DNA from: Selaginella moellendorffii
Taxonomy: Eukaryota; Plantae; Lycopodiophyta
Assembly (NCBI RefSeq): GCF_000143415.4
Contig: NW_003314288.1
Span: forward strand, 820,642-884,641
Direction: 5' to 3'
Length of the DNA: 64,000 nt
Positions within the stretch are counted from its first letter, which is position 1. Each line of letters starts with the position of its first letter. The notes under the pieces are model-generated. The model was not told where the DNA came from and made no database searches. It saw only the letters and a list, made by a program, of their open reading frames with translations. This document shows positions 24,805 to 35,934 of the stretch, one piece after another. Made by a program: the position numbers and the translations under genes.

Positions 24805-27800
24805 TCCCTGAATAAAAATCACTTTTCTTCCTTATCAAGCTCCTCACCACCTTTCATCAAAGCCACCACCAATTCCCGCAACTTCCGCGTCCCATGTCTC
24901 CTTTCTTTCACCGGACAATCAGGACTCAAGGCTTTGGCGCTACTGGACTCGGGTGCAACTTCTTGCTTCATGGACACGGACTTTGCTGCCCGACATCACA
25001 TTCCTCTTTCTCCTACCATACGGAATCTGAGGGTTGAAGGCATTGGTGGGCATTTTGTGTCTCCATCTTCTGGACTTAGGGAAACGTTGCCCGTTCGAGT
25101 ACGCATTGGGTCCACCGTCACCGATATCGCCTTCAACATCATCAGTAGCAAGTCCTCCTCTGTGGTGCTTGGTCTTCCTTGGTTCCAACTACATCAGCCT
25201 CAGATTTGTTGGAAGGACTTACAGCTCATCTCTCCCACATCACCATCTCCCACGTCTTCCCTTGCTGTTCATCGAGTCCGAATCAGGAAAAGTTCCCTAA
25301 ACTCAAATCGGGGTTCTGTTCCTGACTCTACGAAGTTTTCACCCTCTTCTTTTTCCTCTCTTCCATCTTACACTGGACAGTATCCTCGTCTCATCATTCC
25401 ATTTAGTCGTACACCTCCTCCTATCTCCACAATCACTATGCAAGAACTCCTTCATGAAGAACCTATTTTCTTTTTTGCTTTGCATGTTTTTCCTGTCAGT
25501 CTTCCTGAGAAGTATCATGATTTTGGGGATGTGTTTGACAAGATAAAAGCTAGTGTATTGCCTACTCATCAGCCTTATGATTGTCCCATTGATTTACAGG
25601 AAGGAGCGTCGCCTCCATGGGGGCCTATCTACGGGTTATCCCCATCCGAGCTTAAGGTTCTCAAAGAGTACGTGGATGAGAACCTTGCCTCAGGGTTCAT
25701 TCAGCATTCGCAGTCCATAGCTGGAGCGCCTGTCTTCTTTGTCAAGAAGAAGGATGGGAGTTTACGGCTAGTCATCGATTACCGAGGTTTGAACAAGGTG
25801 ATTGTTCGGAACCGTTATCCGCTACCCCTAATTTCGGACTTGTTGGAACGCCTCAGCGGTGCCCGCTTCTTCACCAAGATTGACCTCCGTGGCGCATACA
25901 ACTTGATCCGGATCCGGCCTGGTGATGAATGGAAGACTGCGTTCTGAACCCGCTATGGCCACTTCGAGTACACTGTCATGCCATTTGGCTTGACAAATGC
26001 TCCAGCAGTTTTCCAACACATGGCGAACGACGTCTTTCGGGAGTTTCTTGATCAGATGGTGATCGTCTACCTGGATGACATCCTCATCTACTCAAGAACT
26101 CAGGAGGAGCACGACGAACATGTACGCAAGGTGCTGGCGAAGCTGCAAGAACACGGCCTATACGCGAAGCTTGAGAAATGTTCCTTTGATCAGCAGTCTG
26201 TGGAGTTCCTTGGGTACATTGTCACTCCTGAGGGTATCACGATGGATCTTGCCAAAGTCAAGACTATTCTCGAGTGGGAGCCTCCACAATCAATGTCGAA
26301 CATTCAGGTTTTCCTTGGCTTCGCCAACTTCTACCGCAAATTCATTGATCACTACTTTGACATTGTCCTTCCTCTCACGCATCTCACTCGCAAGGATGTT
26401 CCCATCTCTTGGTCTACTGCTACCCAGCACGCCTTCAACACTCTCAAGGCAGCCTTCAGTTCTGCTCCCGTTTTGATCCATGTTGATTCCTCACAACCTT
26501 TCTTCATCGAGGCTGACGCCTCCGACTTTGCCATCGGTGCTGTGCTGTCTCAACTCGAAGCGGATCAAGAACTTCATCCAGTCGCTTTCCATTCTCGGAA
26601 ATTCCAGCCTGCGGAGATCAATTACAAAATCCACGACAAGGAGCTCCTTGCCATCGTGGATTCCTTTGGAGAGTGGCGCCGTTTCTTGGAGGGGGCGGGC
26701 CATCAAACAACAGTCTGGATGGATCACAAAAATCTTGAGTACTTTGCCACTTCTCGAGTTTTAAGCCGTCGTCAAGCAAGGTGGGCACAATTCCTGAGTC
26801 GGTTTGACTTTGTTATCAAGTACAGACCTGGAAAGCTTCAAGGCCTTCCTGATGCTCTTTCAAGGCGCTCCTATCTCAGTCTCAGGCCTGGTAATCTTGC
26901 CTTTGATCAACAAGATCAAATTATCCTCGGTCCTGATCGGCTTCAAGTTATGGCAATTTCCCTGGCCCCTCAGGACTCCTCCTTGATGGATGCCATCAGA
27001 AACGATCTTCAATCCGATGATTTCGCCAGCGACGTTTTCCCCCATCTTCAGGCTGGACACCCTGTGACTCCCGACTGCCGGCGATTTGACGAGTTCGAGT
27101 TCTTAGATGGCTTATTATACCGTGGGGAGCAGCTTTACGTTCCTGAAGGTGATGCTCGAAGGTTGGTCCTAATGGCGTGCCACGATAGCCCGACTGCTGG
27201 TCACTTCGGCATTGCGAAAACCTATGAGCTAGTTGCACGGGACTTTTGGTGGCCTCACATGGACGACTACATCAAAGCTTTTGTTACCTCCTGTGACACT
27301 TGCGCCCGGAATAAGGTACCTCGCCACCTTCCTTTAGGTTTGCTTCGTTCCCTTCCGGTCCCTTCAGGTCCTTGGGAATCCATCTCCATGGATTTCTTGA
27401 GTGATCTTCCGAGTTCTTGAGGCTTCAACAGCATTTTAGTTGTGGTGGATCGCTTCACAAAGATGGCGCACTTCTTGCCATGTACCAAGGAGTTTTCGGG
27501 CGAGGACATGGCAAAACTGATATTCAGGGAAATTTTCCGACTTCATGGGATTCCTACAGATGTGGTTTCGGATCGGGGGCCTCAGTTCATCTCTCATTTC
27601 TGGCAACGGTTTTTGCAGCTGCTTGGAGTGAAGGCCAACCTCTCTTCGGCGTATCATCCTCAAACTGATGGGCAGTCCGAGCGAACGATTCAGACGTTGG
27701 AACAATTCTTGAGGTGCTTCATCAACTATCATCAGGAGAACTGGTTCGATATCCTTCCCCTTGCTGAGTTCTCCTATAACAACTCTATTCACTCCTCGCT

Positions 27801-28533
27801 TCGAATTTCCCCCTTCTTTGCAAACTCTGGCCAAAATCCCCGATTCAATCTCTCACTTCTTTCTCCATCCGAATCCTCTCATTCAAATCCCCGCTCTGAG
27901 GCATTTGTCTCCAACCTCCAAGAAATCCACAACTCCATCTCCTTCCACCTCCATCGTGCTCAGGAATCTCACAAAACATTTGCCAATGTCCATCATCAGG
28001 ATTGTCCCCCTTACAATATCGGGGATAAAGTTTGGCTCCTCAGGCGAAATATCTCCACCACCAGGACCTGTCCAAAACTTGATTTCAAACGCCTCGGTCC
28101 TTTCCCTATCACTGCCATCATTAATCCTGTCACTTATCGCCTTGCACTTCCCTCCTCATATCAAATTCACCCCGTTTTTCATTCCTCTCTCCTTGAGCCT
28201 TATATTCCCAGTCCTATTCCCAATCGGGTCATTCCTCCACCTCCACCAGTGCAGCTTGAGGATGGGTCTGAGTACGAGGTTCAGGACATCCTTAATTCCA
28301 AGATTTCACGGTCTAAACTCTACTATCTGGTCGACTGGAAGGGTTACGGGCCTGAAGAATGCACTTGGGAACCTGCGGACAACCTGATTCATTCTCCTGA
28401 CCTTGTTCAAGACTTCCATCGCCGCTATCCTAGTCGTCCCAGTCCTCATTCTTTTTCTCCATCTCCCATCCCTCGCCACTCATCTCATCCTCCTCATCGT
28501 TCTCATTCACATTCTCGTTCCACTCGTTCTTGA
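24760..28533 (+). pseudogene. pol: Chromovirus pol (PR, RT, RNase H, INT, chromodomain), one frame with premature stops
   Basis: LLDSGAT; YLDD; ADASDFAIGAVL; HDSPTAGH..CDTC; SDRGPQF; YEVQDIL..YLVDWKGYGPEECTWEP; TGA at 24766, 25945 and 27418. Confidence 0.95.
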
Positions 28534-28544
28534 GGAGGGGGTGC

Positions 28545-28957
28545 TGTCAGGAATCCCCCAATCCTTGCCACATTCCTGACTCTCGTCGGATTCCTGACCT
28601 GCAGACCACATTCTTGATTCTCGAGACACTTCCCTATTCCTGACTCTCAAGACACTTCCCTATTCCTGACTCTCAAGACACTTCCCTATTCCTGACTCTC
28701 AAGACACTTCCCAATTCCTGAGTCTCGAGCCACATTCCTGATATTGATGTGGCGCCTCCTCGACCTCAGCTATATTTAGGCCGTCTTCGATCCAAGAGTG
28801 GTGGAGCTTCATCAACCTATAGTATATATAGGTTAGCCTTGTTCCATTTCTCCACAATCTGAATCAACACCAGTCTAAGGCCTCTTCTTTGTTTTCACTA
28901 GCTTTTTCTCTTTGTCTTTAGCATTTTCTAGTCTTGATCTTGTTGGGGGTCTTGACA
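28545..28957 (+). repeat. 3' LTR (413 bp)
   Basis: One more 26-bp unit than the 5' LTR. Confidence 0.95.
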
Positions 28958-31900
28958 GAGACCACCTTTACAATAACTAAACTATCAATAGCAAAATCAA
29001 CAATATGATCCACCACCTAGAGTATTTCCTTACAATAACTATCAATAGTAACCTCAAACTCAAAAAATCCGAACTCAATACCAACAACAACAAAATCAAG
29101 GAAGTCGACCTCCTCAACAAAATCAGCAATATCAAAGGCCTCCTCCAACAACAAGAAATATCAATATTGACTAAATTGAAAATGAACACTTTGAAGATGA
29201 ACCTAAGGTAAGAGCTCTAACTCAAAGTCAGAAAAAACACTATACTTCTGAAGATGACCTTGAAGAAAAGTCAAAGAACAAAAATTCCAAGACGAAGTGC
29301 AAGAAATCTCAAGGCACGAATAGCATCAAAGTAAGGAGCTAGTCAACACAATTCAGCAAACCCTTCAACAATAACAACCTGAAATTGCAGATGATCAGGA
29401 AATTGTGACTAAAACTCTATCAAGAAAAGAGGAATAACCAAAGCCCATCATCAACATTTTTCAACAAAGTATCACACTCACCCTTCTAGAACTTTTACAG
29501 ATAACTTCATACTTAAGAAAATAACTTCTTAAGATATGTCAAGCTTCTCCACCAAAAAACTTCAGCTCAAGTCAAGAAAAAAACCAACAACTCATCCCAT
29601 AAGGCAAATATCCAACCTAGCGACTATGATGAAGATGTACCATGCATCCCAATCACGATAGGAAAATACAAAGTTATATAAATAATCATCAACGATAGAG
29701 AAAATATCAACATTATTGAGTATTCAACCTGCAAAGTAATGGGACTTGGACTAATCCACTCTACACCCTTCAACATCAAGATGGCCAACAATTGGAGTGT
29801 ACAACCATCAGAAATCATGCATAACATTCCTATCAAGATTAAAGATCAAGAATTTAAGGTAACTTTCATCGTACTCAAGATGGCAAAAGACCAAAGTTGC
29901 TACGAAGTACTTCTTAAACGAACTTGGCTCAAGACAATAGACATTATCACATATTGGAGGAATAATACCATCACCCTTGAAGGACATAAAGATGCTCCAC
30001 AACTATCTACCAGTATTGTAAAGATTGTAAAGAAATTTTAACTAACCACAATCAAACAATATGACTAGAATGAAAGACTCGACAGCTATGAAGAAGCTCA
30101 AATTCTCAAGGCATACCCCAAATTAAAAATGCTAATCTAAGTCAATCTCAACTGAATCATCCTGAAGAAAACAAGCAATCATGATCCTCAACTTCAAAAT
30201 GAAGATTTCCAACACCAAGATTTGAAAGAAAAGACAACACCAGCACACATGAAAAAACAACAAGAACATTCAAGCATCAAACTTGAATAGTTTAAACCAA
30301 CTCATCAACAAATTCCACTCCAAGAACAACCAGGTCTACAACAAGAAGGATCATGACTTACACCAATACTTAACCTTGAAGAACCAGCTCAAGAAATTAA
30401 CCTTAGAACACTTGAAGAACCAAAAAAAATTCACATTGCCCAAGAGCTTGATGAAGATTTTAAAGCAAAAGCAACCCAACTACTTGACATTTATCAAGAT
30501 GTTTTCACCTAGTTCTAGACTGACTTACGAGGAATTCCACCTGAATTCTACACACATCGGATTGAACTTCTATCACAAGCAGTACCAACAAAGCAATCAG
30601 CCTACCAAATGAATCCCAACATATAAATCAAAGTCAAGGAAGAACTTGACAAAGTCGAAAATGTTGGATTCATCTTCCTAATTCAAAATCTAAAATGGCT
30701 ATCACCACTAGTTATTGTCCCCAAAAAGAACAACAAGCTTAGGATTTGTGTCAACTATAAAAAGCTCAACAATACAACCCAAAAGAACACCTTTTTAATT
30801 CCATTCTCTGATGAAATTCTTGATGCAGTTGCAAGATATGAGATGTACTCCTTTCTCAATAGCTTCAATAGACACAATCAAGTACACATTGCGCCTAAAG
30901 ATCAACACAAGATGACTTTCATCAATCCATGGGGAGCATATGCCTATCTTTGCATGCCTTTCAGTCTCTCCAATACACTATTCATGTTTCAATGGATCAT
31001 CACTGACACTTTTCGAGAATACCTCACCGAATTTATAAAGAGTATTTATGGATGACTCCAGTGTCTTTAGCAACAAAGAAGACATCTCTAATGCTTAAAG
31101 AAATGCTTCATCAAATGCTGTGATCACAAAATCGCATTGAACCCCAACAAGTGCATTTTCTTCATCAAATCAGGAATTCTACTCAGACATATAGTTTCCA
31201 AAGAAGGAATCCTCATTGACAAGGACAAGACCCTCACAATCACCAACATACAACAACCATTCAATATTTGAAGCCTTTGATCATTCCTCAGTAAGATGGG
31301 ATGCCATTGAAGATTCATCAAAGACTACGCTAAGATTGCAAAACCCATCATTGAACTCTTCAAGAAGAATCAAGCTTACAATTGGACTCAAGATTGTCAA
31401 AATACCTTCATCAACCTCAAGAATTCCCTCACCCAAACTCCAATACTTGCTCAACCAAACTGGAACAAAGACTTTAACATCCAAGTTAGCACCTCCAAGT
31501 ATGCCCTCAAAGCAATCCTTTTGCAACAACAAGATCATAAAGACCGATCAATCTACTATGCAAGTCAACGACTCAACTCAACCGAAATGAACTATACTAC
31601 AACTGAGAAAGAAGCTCTAGCAATGATCTACGCACTCCAAAAGTTTTGATACTACCTACTCAGTAACTTCCTTCACCTTCTCAACAAAATAATCTTCACT
31701 AGCAAAATTGCATGATGGTTCTTACTAGTTCAAGAATATAACTTCGAGATCATTTACAAGCCTAAAAGAGAACATGAACACCTAAGCCACATTACAACTG
31801 ATGAACAACTAAAACACAATATGGACAACTTTCTTGACTCTAATATCCTTTGAATCCACACATCACCAACCTAGATGGACAACATCTACTACTACCTCAC

Positions 31901-33396
31901 AATAGCAACAATACCAAATTGATATTCAACCTCCGACAAGCACAAGCAATTTGTCTTGAGGACAAGACTATATTTAGTCGTGGGAAGAAAACTATATAAA
32001 CAAGGAAGAAATAACATTTTATGAAGATGTGCAAACCCAGAAGAAACACACGATCTACTTGAAGAAGCTTACTATGGACAAGTAGGAGGACATTTTGCTA
32101 AAGAAATCATAGCTCAAAAAATTTTACAAGCAAGACTTTGGTAGCCAACACTTTGGCACAACTAAGCCAAGTTCTATAAAAAATGCGATATCTACCAATG
32201 AACCAAATATGCACCAAAGAAATAAACTCAAGAACTTCATCCAAAAACTCTAATCAAACATTTTTAATGATGGGGACTTGACTTTGTTGGTCCACTTATG
32301 ACAAGCTCCAAGCAAAACTAATACATTCTAGTTGCAATAGACTACATGACAAAATGGGATAAAGCTCAACTAATAAAGATTGCTACAACAAAGAACATAA
32401 CAAAGTTCATCTATGAAAATATCATCACAAGATATGGCTTACCTTAAGAACTCGTCATGGATCAAGGAACACACTTTATCAATGAAACCATCAAAATTTT
32501 GACTCAAGAATTCACTATCTAGCACAAGGCTTCAACCATACTACCCTCAAGGCAATAGTCAAGCAGAGTCTACAAACAAGACACTCAAAAACATCCTCAT
32601 AAAAATCGTGAAAATAAATTAGAAAGATTAGAACAATCACATCTACAATACCCTGTAAGCATATCGAACCACATATAAGGTTTCAACAAATTTGACACCA
32701 TTCAAGCTCACCTATGGTCTTGAAGCTTTAACACCACTTGAGTACATCATTCCATCACTACGAATGGCAATACAATATAAAATCAACCAAGAAGAATTGA
32801 TCAAAAAAAGAATAACCATGCTAGAACAACTTATTGCTAGCTTCCTTTGACTATCTCATTTTGAAGCTTTGGAATACTTAAGGAGTCTTTTCTAACTCAG
32901 CAAAGATGTTGCTTCATATGATGGCCGAGGCTAACTATTATCAAACAGTTCTTTTGATAGAGTTATGCAATCTCATGTGCGAGTCACTACTTTGATGATG
33001 TCCTATGACTAAGGAGGAACATGAGATGCATGTGAGGCAAATGTTGCTGCTATCGAGGAAGAACAAGTTGTATTCGAAACTGTAAAAGCATGAGTTCTTC
33101 TTGGAGGAGATCACCTATCTCAGACGTGTGGTGCCATGAGATGGTGTGCGGGAAGATCCTCAAAAGACTCAGATAGTCATTGACTAGATTGTTCCCCCTA
33201 CTGTGCATGGGTTTCCTTGGTATGGTGGGAGTCTTTTGCCAGTTTGTGAAAGACTTTTCCTTGATTGCTGCTCCTTTGATGGACATTCTTTGAAACACCA
33301 CCAAGCATGCTAAGTTGGTGTGGGGTGAAAGTGTCAAGAAGCGTTTGAGCGGTTAAAGCAATCATGTATATTCTACAGATATTTGCTTGTGATAAG

Positions 33397-35934
33397 CCGT
33401 GTTACGAACACGGCCGGGATCCCGGCCGTGTTCACTGTGTTTCACGAACACGGCCATGGGTCGTGTTCCCACGGCCGTGTTCGTGAACAGTGGTCCGTGT
33501 TAGTAACACGGACCACTGTTCAGAATATTCTCGCGCGGATTATTCTGGTTTTAGGGCGCACGGCATCACATGACAATCCAGCCAGGGCGCACCATTTCAG
33601 GGCACAGCAGCAGCAATCCAAGGCAAACAAGCATGGCGCAGCAATCCAGCATACTGCGAAAGCATCCTTCTTCGCGATGGTGGGATGAGGTAAGTGTTCT
33701 TGAGAGTAGGGGGCATGGCCACAAATTATGGTCATGCAAATACTGCCCAATGGTGAACAAACTGAGTGGTGTTGATCGTGTGCGAGCTCATCTGTTAGGA
33801 GAAGGCCCAGGCAGCAAGGATATTGTGAGTTGTCCTCTCATCCCAGGTAACAAGAAAGCGGATCTGCTCAATATGCAAAAGGTTATTGATTCCGAGAAAG
33901 GAGCAAGGGGGAAGAAACGGCCGAATGAATCTGGTGGTGCTTCTATGAGAATGGATGGCAATGTCCAAGGATTTCCACCGGTGGTATCATCCCAGTCAAG
34001 TGGAAGTGGCTGCAGTTCCCTGTTTTTTAGCAAACAGAGTCAAGTCCATATTGTTGATTCGATGGATCTTGAGCGGAAGAACCGAGTTGATGTGGCTATC
34101 GGAAGATTTTTCTGGAATGAACACATTCCATTTGTCAAGGCTCGGTCACCTTACTTCCTCAACATGATACAGGAAGTTGCCAGGCATGGTGTGCCTTATG
34201 CACCACCAAAATATGATGATCTCCGGGATAAGCTTTTGGTGAAAGAGAAACGATTCATTGACATTGAGATGGCGTCCTTGAGGAAGCAGTGGGAGCAGAG
34301 GGGTGCAACCATATGCACAGACGGGTGGGCAGATAGGAGGAATCGGCATATCATGGGGCTTGTGGCATATAGTCAAGGACGAGGAGCTTTTTTGAAGGCT
34401 ATCGACATTTCCTTAACAGGAAAAACAGCTGAAAATACTCTGCGCTGCTGGGAAGAAGGTATTAACATTGTAGGTGCAGAGAACGTTGTCATGGTTGTGA
34501 CCGATGGGGAAAATGCAAACAGAGCAGCAGCAGCACTTTTGCAACAGAGGTACCCGAAAATTCAATGGGCAGCATGTTTTGCCCATTGCTTGAACAATGC
34601 CTTGAAAGACTTCGGTGTACTTCCATGGATGGCAACACTTCTGGAGCGTGGAAAGTCTTTGGTGATCTTCGTTAGAAACCACTCTCATATATTGGCACTA
34701 CTGGTGGAGTTTACTCACAAGCGATTGCTGCGTTATTGTGATACCAGGTTCGGCTACAACTTCATTATGATGGAGAGGCTGGTGGAGCTCCGAGAAGCTT
34801 TACAACAGATGTTCGTATGCCCTGCGTACAGAGCAAGGCCTGAGTCGAAGTCGAGAGCAGGAAGGGACAGTTATGCAACGGTTTTTGATGACAGTTTCTG
34901 GCAACAGGTTAAGGACATGCTAGAGGTGTCCAAGGATGTTATGCTGCTTCTTCGTGTTGTGGACGGTGATATACCTGCAATTGGAAAGATATATGAGTGC
35001 ATGAACAGGTTGGATGCAAGTTTAGAGGAAGGACAGTCGGATTATGGCAGGTACAGGGAACTTCATCAGATCATGTCTAATAGGTGGCATGAGTATCACT
35101 CGCTCATGCACTCGGTGGCGTACATGTTGGACCCCGAGTTTCAGGAGTATGAAAAGCATGCTAACAGAGAGGTCATGAAGGACTGGAATGCTTATCTGCT
35201 GGCCATGTTTACATCCAGTGAGAGGGATGTGATACGTGATGAGCTTTTAACTTACCGGAGGATAGGAGGCATTTTCAACTCATATGATGCTAAGGCTGAT
35301 CACACTAAGAGGGGAGCTGTACGTTGGTGGGAGGACTATGGTTATGAAACTCCAGCTCTTCAGAAGTTGGCCATTCGAGTTCTAAGTCAGGCATGCTCGT
35401 CGTCCTCGGTGGAGAGATTGTTCAGTACTTTCGAGCATGTTTCTTCAAAAAAGAGGAACAGACTTACCATGGACAGGACAGCGGATCTGGTTTTTGTGGC
35501 TTGCAACACCAGGTTGTTAACCTGCAAAAATGATCGTGATTACGACAAGTTTGTAAGCTACAAAGTCCTGGAGACAGTTCCTCATCCTGAAGACGAGCTT
35601 GAGTCAGGACAGGAAGAGGAAGATGGAGATGATGTCGAAGATCGTGAGGTCAAAGATCATGAGGTTGAAGATGACGATGAGATGCAGGATATTTGAGTAG
35701 TTTAAAAGTGTGAAGTAGTTTATGTGCAAATAAAAATATTAAGAATAATATAATAAAATATAGCATATTCCTATAATAATATAATAAGAAATAGAATATA
35801 ATTTTTAAATAACATATTCTTAGAATATTCAGTACAATATTCGTGAGCCATCGTGGGCCGTGATCGTGTTCCGTGTTTGGGTTCCTGAAATCTGAGGCTC
35901 GTGTTCGTGTTCCGTGTTCGTGTTCGTAACTATG
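33397..35934 (+). mobile_element. hAT DNA transposon, apparently intact (2538 bp)
   Basis: 8-bp TSD GTGATAAG (33389-33396, 35935-35942); imperfect 16-bp TIR sharing GTTACGAACACG; subterminal CGTGTTC clusters; empty sites at 15821-15828 and 40794-40801. Confidence 0.95.
33633..35696 (+). CDS. hAT transposase (687 aa; 708 aa from the upstream ATG at 33570)
   Basis: BED-type zinc finger (WSCKYC..HL..C), TICTDGW, VVTDG, CFAHCLN, DTRF, C-terminal dimerisation motif LAIRVLSQACSSSSVERLFS; uninterrupted. Confidence 0.95.
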   Translation: MAQQSSILRKHPSSRWWDEVSVLESRGHGHKLWSCKYCPMVNKLSGVDRVRAHLLGEGPGSKDIVSCPLIPGNKKADLLNMQKVIDSEKGARGKKRPNESGGASMRMDGNVQGFPPVVSSQSSGSGCSSLFFSKQSQVHIVDSMDLERKNRVDVAIGRFFWNEHIPFVKARSPYFLNMIQEVARHGVPYAPPKYDDLRDKLLVKEKRFIDIEMASLRKQWEQRGATICTDGWADRRNRHIMGLVAYSQGRGAFLKAIDISLTGKTAENTLRCWEEGINIVGAENVVMVVTDGENANRAAAALLQQRYPKIQWAACFAHCLNNALKDFGVLPWMATLLERGKSLVIFVRNHSHILALLVEFTHKRLLRYCDTRFGYNFIMMERLVELREALQQMFVCPAYRARPESKSRAGRDSYATVFDDSFWQQVKDMLEVSKDVMLLLRVVDGDIPAIGKIYECMNRLDASLEEGQSDYGRYRELHQIMSNRWHEYHSLMHSVAYMLDPEFQEYEKHANREVMKDWNAYLLAMFTSSERDVIRDELLTYRRIGGIFNSYDAKADHTKRGAVRWWEDYGYETPALQKLAIRVLSQACSSSSVERLFSTFEHVSSKKRNRLTMDRTADLVFVACNTRLLTCKNDRDYDKFVSYKVLETVPHPEDELESGQEEEDGDDVEDREVKDHEVEDDDEMQDI

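Larger units (their letters stand above)
23315..28957 (+). mobile_element. Full-length chromovirus (Ty3/gypsy, Tf1/sushi- or Tcn1-like), recent insertion
   Basis: LTRs 23315-23700 and 28545-28957 (TGTCA...TGACA); TSD GAGAC at 23310-23314 and 28958-28962; PPT GAGGAGGGGG at 28532-28541; gag-PR-RT-RH-INT-chromodomain order. Confidence 0.97.
21900..32845 (+). mobile_element. Decayed A-rich Ty3/gypsy (family C, no chromodomain seen), interrupted by the chromovirus
   Basis: Zinc knuckle CTKCKNKGY ~22905, protease region (FNIKMANNWSVQP), RT (WLSPLVIVPKKN, YSFLN..HNQVHIAPKDQHKMTF), RNase H, integrase; many stops; LTRs not found. Confidence 0.8.

Noticed and set aside
25945-27420. Programmed stop read-through or RNA-editing rescue of pol
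   Set aside because: Stops fall inside conserved domains and are simply explained by C>T decay; U-to-C editing is an organellar process
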